Shown here piece after piece: positions 1-8,355 of a stretch of DNA of 35,804 nucleotides. The stretch is from a virus, in IMG/VR virus record IMGVR_UViG_3300009173_000003. One strand, 5' to 3'. Each line of letters begins with the position of its first letter. The first letter of the stretch is position 1. A program made the translations under genes and the position numbers. The notes beneath the pieces are model-generated. The model was not told the DNA's origin, made no database searches, and worked only from the letters and a program-made list of their open reading frames with translations.

Positions 1-123
1 AGCATCATCATCGGTGCATTTCAACTGTAGGCCAGCAGAGTTGTCTGCCCTTGTTCCATAGATGGTATTATACACATCAAGATAGCCAGCGAGATTTACA
101 TTACCGTCAATGTCTACTGCGTC
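1..123. repeat. Exact 123-bp terminal direct repeat (copy 1 of 2), marking a circularly closed or terminally redundant contig
   Basis: Nucleotides 1-123 (agcatcatcatcggtgcatttcaactg...gtctactgcgtc) match 35682-35804 base for base. The minus-strand reading frame is continuous across the join (123 nt = 41 codons). Confidence 0.95.
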
Positions 124-2754
124 TAAGTTAGCCGTCCCATCAACGTCTAGGTCACCAGAAGTGGTGACTGATGTTAGAGTACCTACAGAAGTAATGTTAG
201 TTTGGGCAGCAGTCGAAAGTGTGCCTGTCAGAGTGCCACCACTCACAGTACCACTAGTTGTGATTGCACCCGATCCTACGTCAATGCTAGTAAAGCCAGA
301 AGTGATAGAACCTGCATCTAAGGCTCCGACAGTTACCAGATTGGCAGCGGTCGTAATTGCAGCCTGAGTTGCTCCTGTAACAGTCGCTGCAGTCCCACTA
401 GCGTTGCCGGTCAAATCACCGACAAATGCAGTGCTGGTGATGCTGGTAGCTCCAGTGACTACACCAGCGTCAACCACGATGGTGCCATCTAGCACAATTT
501 GCTGTCCAGTCAGTGGAGTAATTAGTAGATCGGTTCCTGCTGTGCTGCTCAGTGTGTTGCCGTTAAGGTTTAGGTTGTCTACTTGCAAAGCAGTTAAGGT
601 TCCCAGAGATGTCACATTTGCCTGTGCAGCAGTGGTCAATGTCCCAGCAAGGCTGGTCGCTGTAACCACATTATCTTTCAAAAGCACTGAGTCGATGGTG
701 ACTCCGGCATTTAGTGATAGTTCGCCAATCGTATCGGTGCTAACTTTCTTACCGACTGACACCTCGATGTCATACGCACCTGTGGTGTTGCCGTTTGCGA
801 GCACCTCGGCAAGCGTATCGGATGCTCCCACCTGACTGTCTACATAGCTCTTAATGGCGCCCTGGGTAGCGAGCAGTACCGCAGACCCGGTAGCCAGGGT
901 AGCGTTGTCGATGCCAGTAACTGTAGCACCTGTAGCGAGAGCGACACTCGAGAACGAGCCGGCGCCACCAGTGATCGAGGACGATCCGGTGTTGATGGTT
1001 CCGAAACCACTCGAAATACTGCCTGAGCCGAGAGCCCCAACACTTACCAGGCCCGTAGCGGTAGTCACACTGTTCTGGGTGGCCGTAGAGAGCGTCCCAG
1101 CTAGTGTCGTACCGGACACTGTGCCTGTAGTTGTTATGGCCCCATTGCCAACGTCTATGGATGTGAACCCAGATGTGATCGAACCCGTGTTCAGAGCTCC
1201 AACGCTTACTAGGCCGGTAGCAGTGGTTACGCTGTTTTGGGTAGCAGTAGATAGAGTCCCTGCGAGTGTGGTCGCCGTGACCACATTGTCTTTGAGCAGC
1301 ACAGAGTCAATCGTGACACCGGCAGCTGACGTTGTTTCCGCTATCGTGTCAGTATAGATCTTCTGACCGGCTGAGATAATGAGGTCCACTGAGCCAGTGG
1401 TATTCCCAACGGCGAGAACGTCTGACAGCGACTGTAATGCCGCAGCGTCTACATAAGTTTTTACTGCTCCCTGGGTCGCTAATAGCGTGGCACTCGAGCC
1501 GAGAGCTCCATTATCGATACCTGTAACTGTAGCACCTGTAGCTAATTCTAAGCTGTTATTAGCCTTTAGTGCCGTTCCTGTGATTGCGGCAGCAGTTGAG
1601 CCACCGATCACTGAGTTGTTGACAGTTCCACCTGAAATAGTGAGATCATTGGCAACGTAGGCATCAGCCACAGCGGTCCCCTGCCAAACTCCCGTCCCTA
1701 TAGTCCCTAATGTCAGGATAGAGGTTTGACCTACATAGCCAGTGGCTATTGTGATAGCATCAGCAGATACTGTAATCTTGTCTGCTGTACCGATCACATT
1801 TAGCGTGACGGCTCCAGAAGTACCGCCACCTGTCATTCCTGCACCAGCAACTACGCTAGTAATATCTCCGACTTCAGGCGTAGTCCAAGCCATTGTGCCA
1901 CTACCATCAGAAGCAGATAGCACTTGGTTAGCAGACGGCACTCCTGCTGGCATAATAAGCGTGTAAGAAGTTGTTGTTCCTGCCGCCTTAAACGCAACGT
2001 ATTCGCCACCAGTAGTATCCTCAAGCATCAACTTGCCAGCGTCATCAACGATTATATTACCACCCCTAATACTACCAGTGGTAATTATTGTACTGGCCCC
2101 TGTGTCTATTTCACCAAATCCACTGGTTATAGAACCAGCATTTAAGGCTCCGACTGCTGTTATTTGTGTTTGTGAGGCGTCAACATTCAATGCACCACTG
2201 GAACCTGTAAGTCCAGTCCCACCCATAGCAGTTGCTAAGTCTGCGATAGATTCTTTACGAGTCCCATTGCTGTCATCTGCATCAATGATTGCGATGCTGT
2301 CATTAGCGACATTTACGGCAGCAACCGAGAGATCGTTAAAGTTCAGTGCTAGGGTTACATCGGGTCCAGTACCATTCGTTACTGTCAGTCCACCATTCGT
2401 AGCATCAGCTACAGATTTGAGGTCGCCCTCTTCGTCTGTGACCCATGCGAGAGTTCCGGATGCGTCCGAGGTTCTGAGTATCTGGCCTGACGCGCCTACA
2501 GCACCAGGCATAGTTAACGTGTATTGAGTGACCGCAGATGGAGCTTGGACCTTTACTGTGTCAGTGCCAGCTCCTGTCTCCTGTAAACCGACAGAGTTGA
2601 ACTTAATGTCGGACATCGTGACATCAGTGCCACCAATAGCAAACACGGCATCGACCACATCGACTACATTTTCATTGATAATGGTTCCCCAAGTATCTGT
2701 AGACCCACCAACAGTGGGCTTGGTCATACCTAAGTTAGTTGTCGGATTAGCCAT
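1..2754 (-). CDS. Tail fibre protein, N-terminal 918 codons. The gene runs off the left edge and continues at 35681 going down to 34602, for about 1277 aa in total
   Basis: ATG at 2754 sits 3 nt after the adaptor stop, with AGGA 7 nt upstream. My manual translation of the minus strand is open from 2754 to position 1: MANPTTNLGMTKPTVGGSTDTWGTIINENVVDVVDAVFAIGG...LATQGAVKTYVD...SITSGFTSIDVG... It joins in frame to the ORF at 34602-35756 (..DVYNTIYGTRADNSAGLQLKCTDDDASAGPL..). It is absent from the ORF track only because no stop lies inside this end of the window. Gly/Thr/Ser/Val-rich repeats are typical of phage fibres. Confidence 0.85.
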   Translation of the reverse strand, partial: MANPTTNLGMTKPTVGGSTDTWGTIINENVVDVVDAVFAIGGTDVTMSDIKFNSVGLQETGAGTDTVKVQAPSAVTQYTLTMPGAVGASGQILRTSDASGTLAWVTDEEGDLKSVADATNGGLTVTNGTGPDVTLALNFNDLSVAAVNVANDSIAIIDADDSNGTRKESIADLATAMGGTGLTGSSGALNVDASQTQITAVGALNAGSITSGFGEIDTGASTIITTGSIRGGNIIVDDAGKLMLEDTTGGEYVAFKAAGTTTSYTLIMPAGVPSANQVLSASDGSGTMAWTTPEVGDITSVVAGAGMTGGGTSGAVTLNVIGTADKITVSADAITIATGYVGQTSILTLGTIGTGVWQGTAVADAYVANDLTISGGTVNNSVIGGSTAAAITGTALKANNSLELATGATVTGIDNGALGSSATLLATQGAVKTYVDAAALQSLSDVLAVGNTTGSVDLIISAGQKIYTDTIAETTSAAGVTIDSVLLKDNVVTATTLAGTLSTATQNSVTTATGLVSVGALNTGSITSGFTSIDVGNGAITTTGTVSGTTLAGTLSTATQNSVTTATGLVSVGALGSGSISSGFGTINTGSSSITGGAGSFSSVALATGATVTGIDNATLATGSAVLLATQGAIKSYVDSQVGASDTLAEVLANGNTTGAYDIEVSVGKKVSTDTIGELSLNAGVTIDSVLLKDNVVTATSLAGTLTTAAQANVTSLGTLTALQVDNLNLNGNTLSSTAGTDLLITPLTGQQIVLDGTIVVDAGVVTGATSITSTAFVGDLTGNASGTAATVTGATQAAITTAANLVTVGALDAGSITSGFTSIDVGSGAITTSGTVSGGTLTGTLSTAAQTNITSVGTLTSVTTSGDLDVDGTANLDAVDIDGNVNLAGYLDVYNTIYGTRADNSAGLQLKCTDDDA

Positions 2755-2757
2755 GTT

Positions 2758-3393
2758 TTATCCTAGGGTTCGAGATCGCATAGAAATGGAGGAGCCGCTG
2801 TGGAGTTCTCTCTCACCCTGTAGGCGCAGGGTGGTCAATGCTTGATTGAGTCGATTCGTCCACAACGGCATTCGTTCATCGTTTTTCAAATAGGGTTCAG
2901 CCTCCACTAGAGCACCAAACAGGTAAATGTCCGGATTGTTCGTAAGCAGCCAGTTGGTGGTGGCAGAATCAGTCAGCGCCGCAATGCGCGTGTAGTAAAT
3001 AATTGAAGAGGTATATGCTTGATCCGGAGAGCGCAGCACTTCTAACTGATTGCTCGAGCCCCCAATCAATGTGAAATAGTAAGGCTTGCCTGTTCCGGTC
3101 ATCGTAACCCTGAGCTCTGACAAGTCTTCAGGTGACAGGTATTCTAGCACAATAACTGGCTGTAAATCCAACACAATGCGAATAATTTCCAAAGTGTTGG
3201 CAGGAAGCGTAGTATACTGACCACTTATCGAGAAGCTGTCATTTTTCGTAATCATATCCGGAGCACGGATTGTGCGATTGAAACTCGCCTCTGCGAGCTC
3301 GATAAACGTAGGTATCTCCGAAGTCAAATCGGTGCGATCCAGCCAGTTGGCTATCTGAGTTTGCAGTTGGGCGTAAGTGCTGATATTCGCCAT
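2758..3393 (-). CDS. Putative head-to-tail adaptor protein (211 aa)
   Basis: The ORF is coupled by stop-start overlap to the upstream gene (TGATG) and lies 3 nt before the fibre gene. The N-terminus STYAQLQTQIANWLDRTDLTSEIPTFIELAEASFNRTIR resembles, from memory, the adaptor family of BPP-1/epsilon15-type podoviruses. Its position is between capsid and tail genes. Confidence 0.6.
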   Translation of the reverse strand: MANISTYAQLQTQIANWLDRTDLTSEIPTFIELAEASFNRTIRAPDMITKNDSFSISGQYTTLPANTLEIIRIVLDLQPVIVLEYLSPEDLSELRVTMTGTGKPYYFTLIGGSSNQLEVLRSPDQAYTSSIIYYTRIAALTDSATTNWLLTNNPDIYLFGALVEAEPYLKNDERMPLWTNRLNQALTTLRLQGERELHSGSSISMRSRTLG

Positions 3394-3758
3394 CAGATCC
3401 TGCCCGGTCGCGTTTTGAACATTTTGTTATGGGGGTCGTTGAGCCACTTTTTCCAAGTTTTGCCGTGCAGCCCCTTACCCGACATAAAGCCTATACGCAG
3501 CTCGGCCGGCATCTGCTCCATAATCGCCTCCGGAATGCGAGCAACATGATGAAAGGTTTCCTGGGAAGGCTTTAGAGGATTTCCCCACCGGGCATTTTCA
3601 TCAAAACTGTTGTAGTCCATACGATTAATTTCCAGGATCGGCTGAATATCCTGTCGAGTCTGGATAATGCTCCTCTCTTCAATCTGGTCATAATGGTAAA
3701 TTTCAGTCTTACCAGTTTTTTCATCGTATGACAGCAATGCTTCTTTTTTCGTTGACAT
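3393..3758 (-). CDS. Hypothetical protein of the head module (121 aa)
   Basis: ATG at 3758 is preceded by CTGGAG. The stop overlaps the adaptor start by 1 nt. I recognise no motif. Confidence 0.7.
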   Translation of the reverse strand: MSTKKEALLSYDEKTGKTEIYHYDQIEERSIIQTRQDIQPILEINRMDYNSFDENARWGNPLKPSQETFHHVARIPEAIMEQMPAELRIGFMSGKGLHGKTWKKWLNDPHNKMFKTRPGRI

Positions 3759-3770
3759 AATGCTCCAGTT

Positions 3771-3803
3771 AGAGGAGCAGGAGCTGACGCCCCCACTCCC
3801 CTC
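3771..3803 (-). terminator. Strand-specific stem-loop immediately after the capsid gene (putative attenuator or RNA-stabilising hairpin)
   Basis: The minus-strand RNA reads GAGGGGAGUGGGGGC-GUCA-GCUCCUGCUCCUC(U). It forms about 14 bp including 4 G-U pairs, so it folds only in the minus-sense transcript. It starts 12 nt after the MCP stop. There is no U-tract, so it is not a canonical intrinsic terminator. Confidence 0.35.
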
Positions 3804-3815
3804 GAGGTTTGGAAT

Positions 3816-4823
3816 TTAAGCTGCTGTGATTCCAGCAACTATGCCGTGTGCTGCCTCGTTGTTGACTTGCAGACCCCATTCTGAAAGAGCCATGCGTTTG
3901 TCAGCATCACCAGACTTGGCTAGAGCCTCGATGCGATACGGCCGGAGGGTTGCCAAAGCAACTTCGTCAGTATCGATCAAGAAAGCCCAGTCGTTCATCA
4001 ATGCACCAGCACCAGCGTCAATCACTGTCGTGAAGAACCGGTTTGGGACTACTGATAAATTGCCGAAGTCGCTGACGTAGATGTCTGCTGCCCCTATGAT
4101 AACACTTGGCTCAGCTCCATCCACATTGTATCGGCTAGAGGCGATTCCTGAGAATGCACTCACAGCAGATTTATTGAAAGGTGAAACCATCAACATCCGA
4201 GGCTCGCCACCAGACGAAAAACATTCCTGCATCGTGGTCTTGAGCATTGCTTCGGTAAACGCTGTAGGCGTTCCGAAAGACTTCCAGACCTGTGCGGCAC
4301 CTGTCGGGGTCGAACCCGAATAACTAGGTGCAGTTACGTTGGTGGAAGTTTCGTTGGTTTTTAGCCAACCAGGGAAACCAGCAGTTACTCTGGCTGTGGC
4401 CGTGGCTCCGACAACAGCTCCCACTCCGTTGAGTAGGCAAGCAACTTCGATGTTCCTTTTGAGCTCTTTCGCTGCCTTAGCAGCCTGATAACCGACTTCG
4501 CTCTGGCGACCAGCCTTACGCACTGTCTGCTCGGTTCCAGAGATTATGAAGTCAACCATGTTTATCTGAGCATAATTCCCAAGCCGAACAGTAGGTGTAA
4601 CTGCCGTAAATGAGCTCAGATCTTGTCCTTCTACTACCGGGGTAGCTGAGGCAGCGCTGAGGCTGTCAGTCTGCCATTCAAAATAAGTATTTTCGGCTTC
4701 CCGGGTGCCTATATTGCTCTGAAAAGGCGTCTGAGTAGGGGAAATATCAGCGATTAAATCACTGAGGTCCTCTCTGATACCCTTAGCATCATAGGTGAGA
4801 AAGCTATTCGCAACAACTGCCAT
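3816..4823 (-). CDS. Major capsid protein, SU10/DUF5309-like (HK97 fold), 335 aa
   Basis: The N-terminal signature is FLTYDAKGIREDLSDLIADISPTQTPFQSNIGTREAENTYFEWQTDSL. This is the characteristic T-Y-D-x-x-G-x-R-E-D-L...ISP..TPF...EWQ.D.L motif of that capsid family. A GGAG RBS is present, and the gene follows the scaffold gene. Confidence 0.9.
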   Translation of the reverse strand: MAVVANSFLTYDAKGIREDLSDLIADISPTQTPFQSNIGTREAENTYFEWQTDSLSAASATPVVEGQDLSSFTAVTPTVRLGNYAQINMVDFIISGTEQTVRKAGRQSEVGYQAAKAAKELKRNIEVACLLNGVGAVVGATATARVTAGFPGWLKTNETSTNVTAPSYSGSTPTGAAQVWKSFGTPTAFTEAMLKTTMQECFSSGGEPRMLMVSPFNKSAVSAFSGIASSRYNVDGAEPSVIIGAADIYVSDFGNLSVVPNRFFTTVIDAGAGALMNDWAFLIDTDEVALATLRPYRIEALAKSGDADKRMALSEWGLQVNNEAAHGIVAGITAA

Positions 4824-4840
4824 TTTTTGTCATCTCCAAG

Positions 4841-5860
4841 TCAATCCGCTAACATTTCGGCCAGCAACGGAGCTGCGTCATCGACCTTACCGGTCGCTCT
4901 CAGCTTCTGTCGCTGATTCTTGTGTTTACGGGTGGCCGTCCGGCGAGTAGTCTCTCGACTCCCACCTCGGACACTGCCGATTTTAGATATGGCCTCGGTA
5001 ATTTTCTCGCCGCCGGTCAGTTCATCGTGGATCATAGCCTTTCGCAGTATCACAACTGCTCGAGCATCGTTCAGATTGCCGAGCTCCCCCGAAGAGTAGT
5101 TCTGCGTCTGTCCGTACTCCATCAATTTTCGCTGATCTTCGGCTTGAACATTACTGTCAGCCCATTCAGGAATTTTTTCGAGCAGTATTCCGCGTTGCAC
5201 CTCTAAATGCTGTTGGAGCTTTTGCTCACGCTCTTGCTCCTGTATACCATGCATTCGTTGTTGCTCGGCGACCACAGCTTGAATCTCACCAGCCCGTTGA
5301 CGTTCTAGCTCCTTGAGCCTGAGCCATTGGACCGGATCTTCACGCTCTAAAGCGTTCCAGTCCATATTGGGCGGCTGATTAGCTGCTTCCATCTGTGCTC
5401 GAAGTTGGTGCAACACCTCTGTGTACTGTTGGTGTTGCTGGCTCAGGGCTGCCTCCTGTGCTGGTAGACCTTGCAGTTGTTCTTGCAGTGTCTGCCGCTC
5501 AGTTGCGAGCTCCTGATTCCGTTGTGTGAAGGTCGCGCCTCGCTGGTATCCATTTACGAGTTCGTTCAACGATACTTGTGCCTCTTCTCCATCGACTTTG
5601 ATGGTGTAAAGAGGTTGATCGTTTTCAGATAGCTCGCCTGGTTCATCGGCGTCTTGCTCTTCCACTACCGCGTCATCGGCTGACTCGGCCTCCTGCTGCT
5701 CTACTTCTAATGAATCGGTCGAAGGTTGCTCTTCCGTAGAAGAATCCTCTCGCGGTAGCTCATTAGATCCGGTGAGTGCGTGAGTGAGAGCCTCTTGGAT
5801 CTCACCCATAGAGCGTGGGCCACTCTGTTCTGGTGCTTTGGTGGCTACTAGTTCGCTCAT
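4841..5860 (-). CDS. Scaffolding protein (339 aa)
   Basis: The protein is acidic and Q/E-rich, with coiled-coil-like composition (EEQDADEPGELSEN..., QELATERQTLQEQLQGL...). It sits between portal and capsid genes. Confidence 0.7.
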   Translation of the reverse strand: MSELVATKAPEQSGPRSMGEIQEALTHALTGSNELPREDSSTEEQPSTDSLEVEQQEAESADDAVVEEQDADEPGELSENDQPLYTIKVDGEEAQVSLNELVNGYQRGATFTQRNQELATERQTLQEQLQGLPAQEAALSQQHQQYTEVLHQLRAQMEAANQPPNMDWNALEREDPVQWLRLKELERQRAGEIQAVVAEQQRMHGIQEQEREQKLQQHLEVQRGILLEKIPEWADSNVQAEDQRKLMEYGQTQNYSSGELGNLNDARAVVILRKAMIHDELTGGEKITEAISKIGSVRGGSRETTRRTATRKHKNQRQKLRATGKVDDAAPLLAEMLAD

Positions 5861-5864
5861 ATTT

Positions 5865-6116
5865 TCATTTCCTTAGTTTGTTTGTTCGTTTTTGTTCTAT
5901 CGTAAAATCGTTTATCAATATTCGCAGATGTCTTAAAACTTCGTCAAGGCCTCGATCTTGATGGTACAGACTTTCCCGTGTCGCCGTATCGGTCAGTTCC
6001 GTCAAAGACCACTGCCCGATCAGGCTCGATTTTGCTTTCGCTACCACCTCCAAGAAGACATCATCTTCTAAAATCTCCTTGGCTCTCCTGGCTTTCATCT
6101 CTGTGGTTAAACTCAT
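5865..6116 (-). CDS. Hypothetical protein (83 aa) coupled to the portal gene
   Basis: ATGA overlap with the portal stop (6113-6116). It ends 4 nt before the scaffold start. Confidence 0.7.
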   Translation of the reverse strand: MSLTTEMKARRAKEILEDDVFLEVVAKAKSSLIGQWSLTELTDTATRESLYHQDRGLDEVLRHLRILINDFTIEQKRTNKLRK

Positions 6117-8179
6117 AAGCCTTGCCGGAGACTAGCCTTGACCACTTCAAGATCTACATCATTCTGGAATTTCTCTTCGGCCGTAAATTCGCGTATAGCG
6201 AGATCCCCGGCTATCCTGGCCGACTCTCGTTCATCAAGTTGAGTCTGTTTCATGGCTGCCAGTTGCAGTTTCTGCATCTCTATCTCGGCCCGGCTCTGTA
6301 TGTCAGCCATCTGAACTTGCAACATCTTGTCTTCCATTGAAGGCTCGGGTGGCCCTTCTGGTGGTGCTGGCTCATAGTCGAGAGGAATCGGCTTGAAGAA
6401 CTGGTTTGCGTCCTTAAATCCGGCTACTTCGAGCATTTTCGCTAACGTGTTTCTAAATTGACCCAGTCCTACCAACGGATTACTCGGGCCAAGTTTTTCT
6501 AGGATTTCTTTCTGCTGACTGGCGACCTGGGCTAACACTCCCAGCTTTTCATCGGTCATACCACTGCCGAGTCCAACATTCGCCTCACAGTCCATGCCGG
6601 AATCCCATACTCGGGGATCTACCGGCACCCAAGTGTCGCGTAACCGGACCACACGTTCCCGGTCCTGGTGCGTAATTACGAGATCCAGTACCCCTTTCGA
6701 CATTCTCTTGAAGCCATTCGCAAACAGGCGAGCCATCAGTTCGAGATGTTGCTCGGCCCCTTTCACTGTCGCCTGGACAGCTGCCCGGGTAGTCGATTGC
6801 AGTACATCCGGGTCGAGTCCTTGTGAGGCGGCCGTCTGACCGGTTCTCGACTCTTTCATTTGATCGAGATAAGCGATCATCGGAAAAGCCTCTTTACCTA
6901 AAAACGGCACATTGAATGGTGTGATCATTCCAGGTTGCCTGGTTCGGATAATCGCTCCCGGTTCATCGTTCATAACGTCATCGAGATCCACCATGCCCTC
7001 TACTACGGCAGTGCGTGGATACAGGGAGAACGATAATGAGTCGAGCATACCACGGAGTGTCGCAGATTTTATTCGCTGGATGTCTTTTGTGAGATCCGCT
7101 AAATCGGACCCGAAAAACATATGTGGTTCCGGATCTGAATTGAACACGGCGAACGGAATGCTTGCGGCTGGTTCGTTGTTTACAATCTCATAGCTGTCGC
7201 CTATCGTGCAAATCCGTCTGAGTTCGGCCAGGCCATCACCATCAAAGTCAACGTAAGTCCAAGCCTCAACGTACAAAACACGCCTTCGTTCATATGCAGA
7301 TAACGGACTGCGAGTATCGGGATACGAAGTCCTTGCTATGTACTCCTCGGAATCAATGAACCCTACCTGATCGCTCAGATGTTCATCGAGCGTTTCCTGG
7401 TCATAACCTAAAGCCACCAGTGAACTGACAGTCGCCATCGTGCGATGTCCGCAGATCTGGCAATCGTCTAACGATGTGGCTGCAGCATCTACGAAAAACT
7501 CTTCCGGTGGCATCGTCTCAATCTTGACTCGATTTTTCTTGGTGCTGCGCTTGATCTCGACATCATAGACTTGTGGAATTGGTATCCCTTGAGATTCCAT
7601 CTCCATCATTTGTTCTTCGCCAATTCCCGGAGCAGGGTTACCCATAACCGATACAGCTTCTACGCCTTCCTCTTGTAGGATCAGGCCCAGCGAACCTTCA
7701 TCGAGTCCTTCAAAGCTGTGAGTATTGACGATAGCCGAATCGTCCCAGCTCCATTTCACGAAGCCTCCACGATTCATTAGTGCATCTTTGAACACGGAAT
7801 AAAATATTTCCAGGCCATCATTATCGACCTGGATGATATGGGAAACGTAGTCGGTGGCTTGTTCTGCCATCGCTACATCATCGGCAGTTTTGGGGACAAA
7901 TTCGACAGGCTTAGAGGAGCCGAAAAATACTCGCATCATTGATGGCAACACCGCCATCGTGGCGTCACGCACATCTCGAGAGACTACCTGGGACCGACCG
8001 ACAACCTCATTACCGAATGGTTCACCACGATAGAATTTCGTGGACTCGGCCCGGATAGGGCTGATTTCGTCATCGATATAATCGATAGCGTCTTCAATGG
8101 ACTGACGAACAGAGCTCTGCAGCTCTTCGTCAGACATCCCTACGCCAGCTTCTGTTTCAGCTTCGTCTATGTATGCCAA
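6113..8179 (-). CDS. Portal protein (688 aa if the TTG at 8179 is used; an alternative ATG lies at 8137)
   Basis: Size and position fit a portal (downstream of terL, upstream of scaffold and capsid), and the C-terminus is an acidic coiled coil. Codon 1 at 8177-8179 is TTG, with GGAG about 13 nt upstream. The first ATG (MSDEELQ) is at 8137. Confidence 0.85.
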   Translation of the reverse strand: MAYIDEAETEAGVGMSDEELQSSVRQSIEDAIDYIDDEISPIRAESTKFYRGEPFGNEVVGRSQVVSRDVRDATMAVLPSMMRVFFGSSKPVEFVPKTADDVAMAEQATDYVSHIIQVDNDGLEIFYSVFKDALMNRGGFVKWSWDDSAIVNTHSFEGLDEGSLGLILQEEGVEAVSVMGNPAPGIGEEQMMEMESQGIPIPQVYDVEIKRSTKKNRVKIETMPPEEFFVDAAATSLDDCQICGHRTMATVSSLVALGYDQETLDEHLSDQVGFIDSEEYIARTSYPDTRSPLSAYERRRVLYVEAWTYVDFDGDGLAELRRICTIGDSYEIVNNEPAASIPFAVFNSDPEPHMFFGSDLADLTKDIQRIKSATLRGMLDSLSFSLYPRTAVVEGMVDLDDVMNDEPGAIIRTRQPGMITPFNVPFLGKEAFPMIAYLDQMKESRTGQTAASQGLDPDVLQSTTRAAVQATVKGAEQHLELMARLFANGFKRMSKGVLDLVITHQDRERVVRLRDTWVPVDPRVWDSGMDCEANVGLGSGMTDEKLGVLAQVASQQKEILEKLGPSNPLVGLGQFRNTLAKMLEVAGFKDANQFFKPIPLDYEPAPPEGPPEPSMEDKMLQVQMADIQSRAEIEMQKLQLAAMKQTQLDERESARIAGDLAIREFTAEEKFQNDVDLEVVKASLRQGL

Positions 8180-8215
8180 GGATCGTGCTTCGCTCCAATA
8201 CCCTGCCCCGAGAAT

Positions 8216-8245
8216 AAGATACTATTTTTAATTGAGGTCTGTCAA
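8216..8245 (-). promoter_or_regulatory. Putative sigma70-type promoter in the terL-portal gap
   Basis: The minus strand reads TTGACA (8245-8240), then 18 nt, then TATCTT (8221-8216). An alternative -10 is TAGTAT with a 15-nt spacer. It lies in an unusually long 176-nt non-coding gap in an otherwise gap-free operon. Confidence 0.3.
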
Positions 8246-8355
8246 AAATTGGCTAGGTTAGGGCCGCCAGGCTTCCGGGGACAGAGATGGAAGATTTAAC
8301 CCTGTGGTCATTTAAGCTGCGCCGTAGAAACCCACTTCCCACTGGCGTCAGCACC

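Noticed and set aside
277-2136. Diversity-generating retroelement (TR/VR pair) in the tail fibre repeats
   Set aside because: There is no reverse transcriptase gene anywhere in the genome. Differences between the repeat copies involve all four bases, not adenine-specific substitutions, and the copies are in-frame protein modules.
110-2845. A string of plus-strand ORFs (110-367, 404-835, 854-1357, 1742-1966, 2033-2527, 2528-2845 and others) with V/P/T/S/A-rich translations
   Set aside because: They lie antisense to a single uninterrupted minus-strand frame with a proper RBS and coupling: the tail fibre. Their low-complexity composition is the mirror image of the Gly/Thr/Ser/Ala-rich fibre codons. 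No starts or RBS support them.
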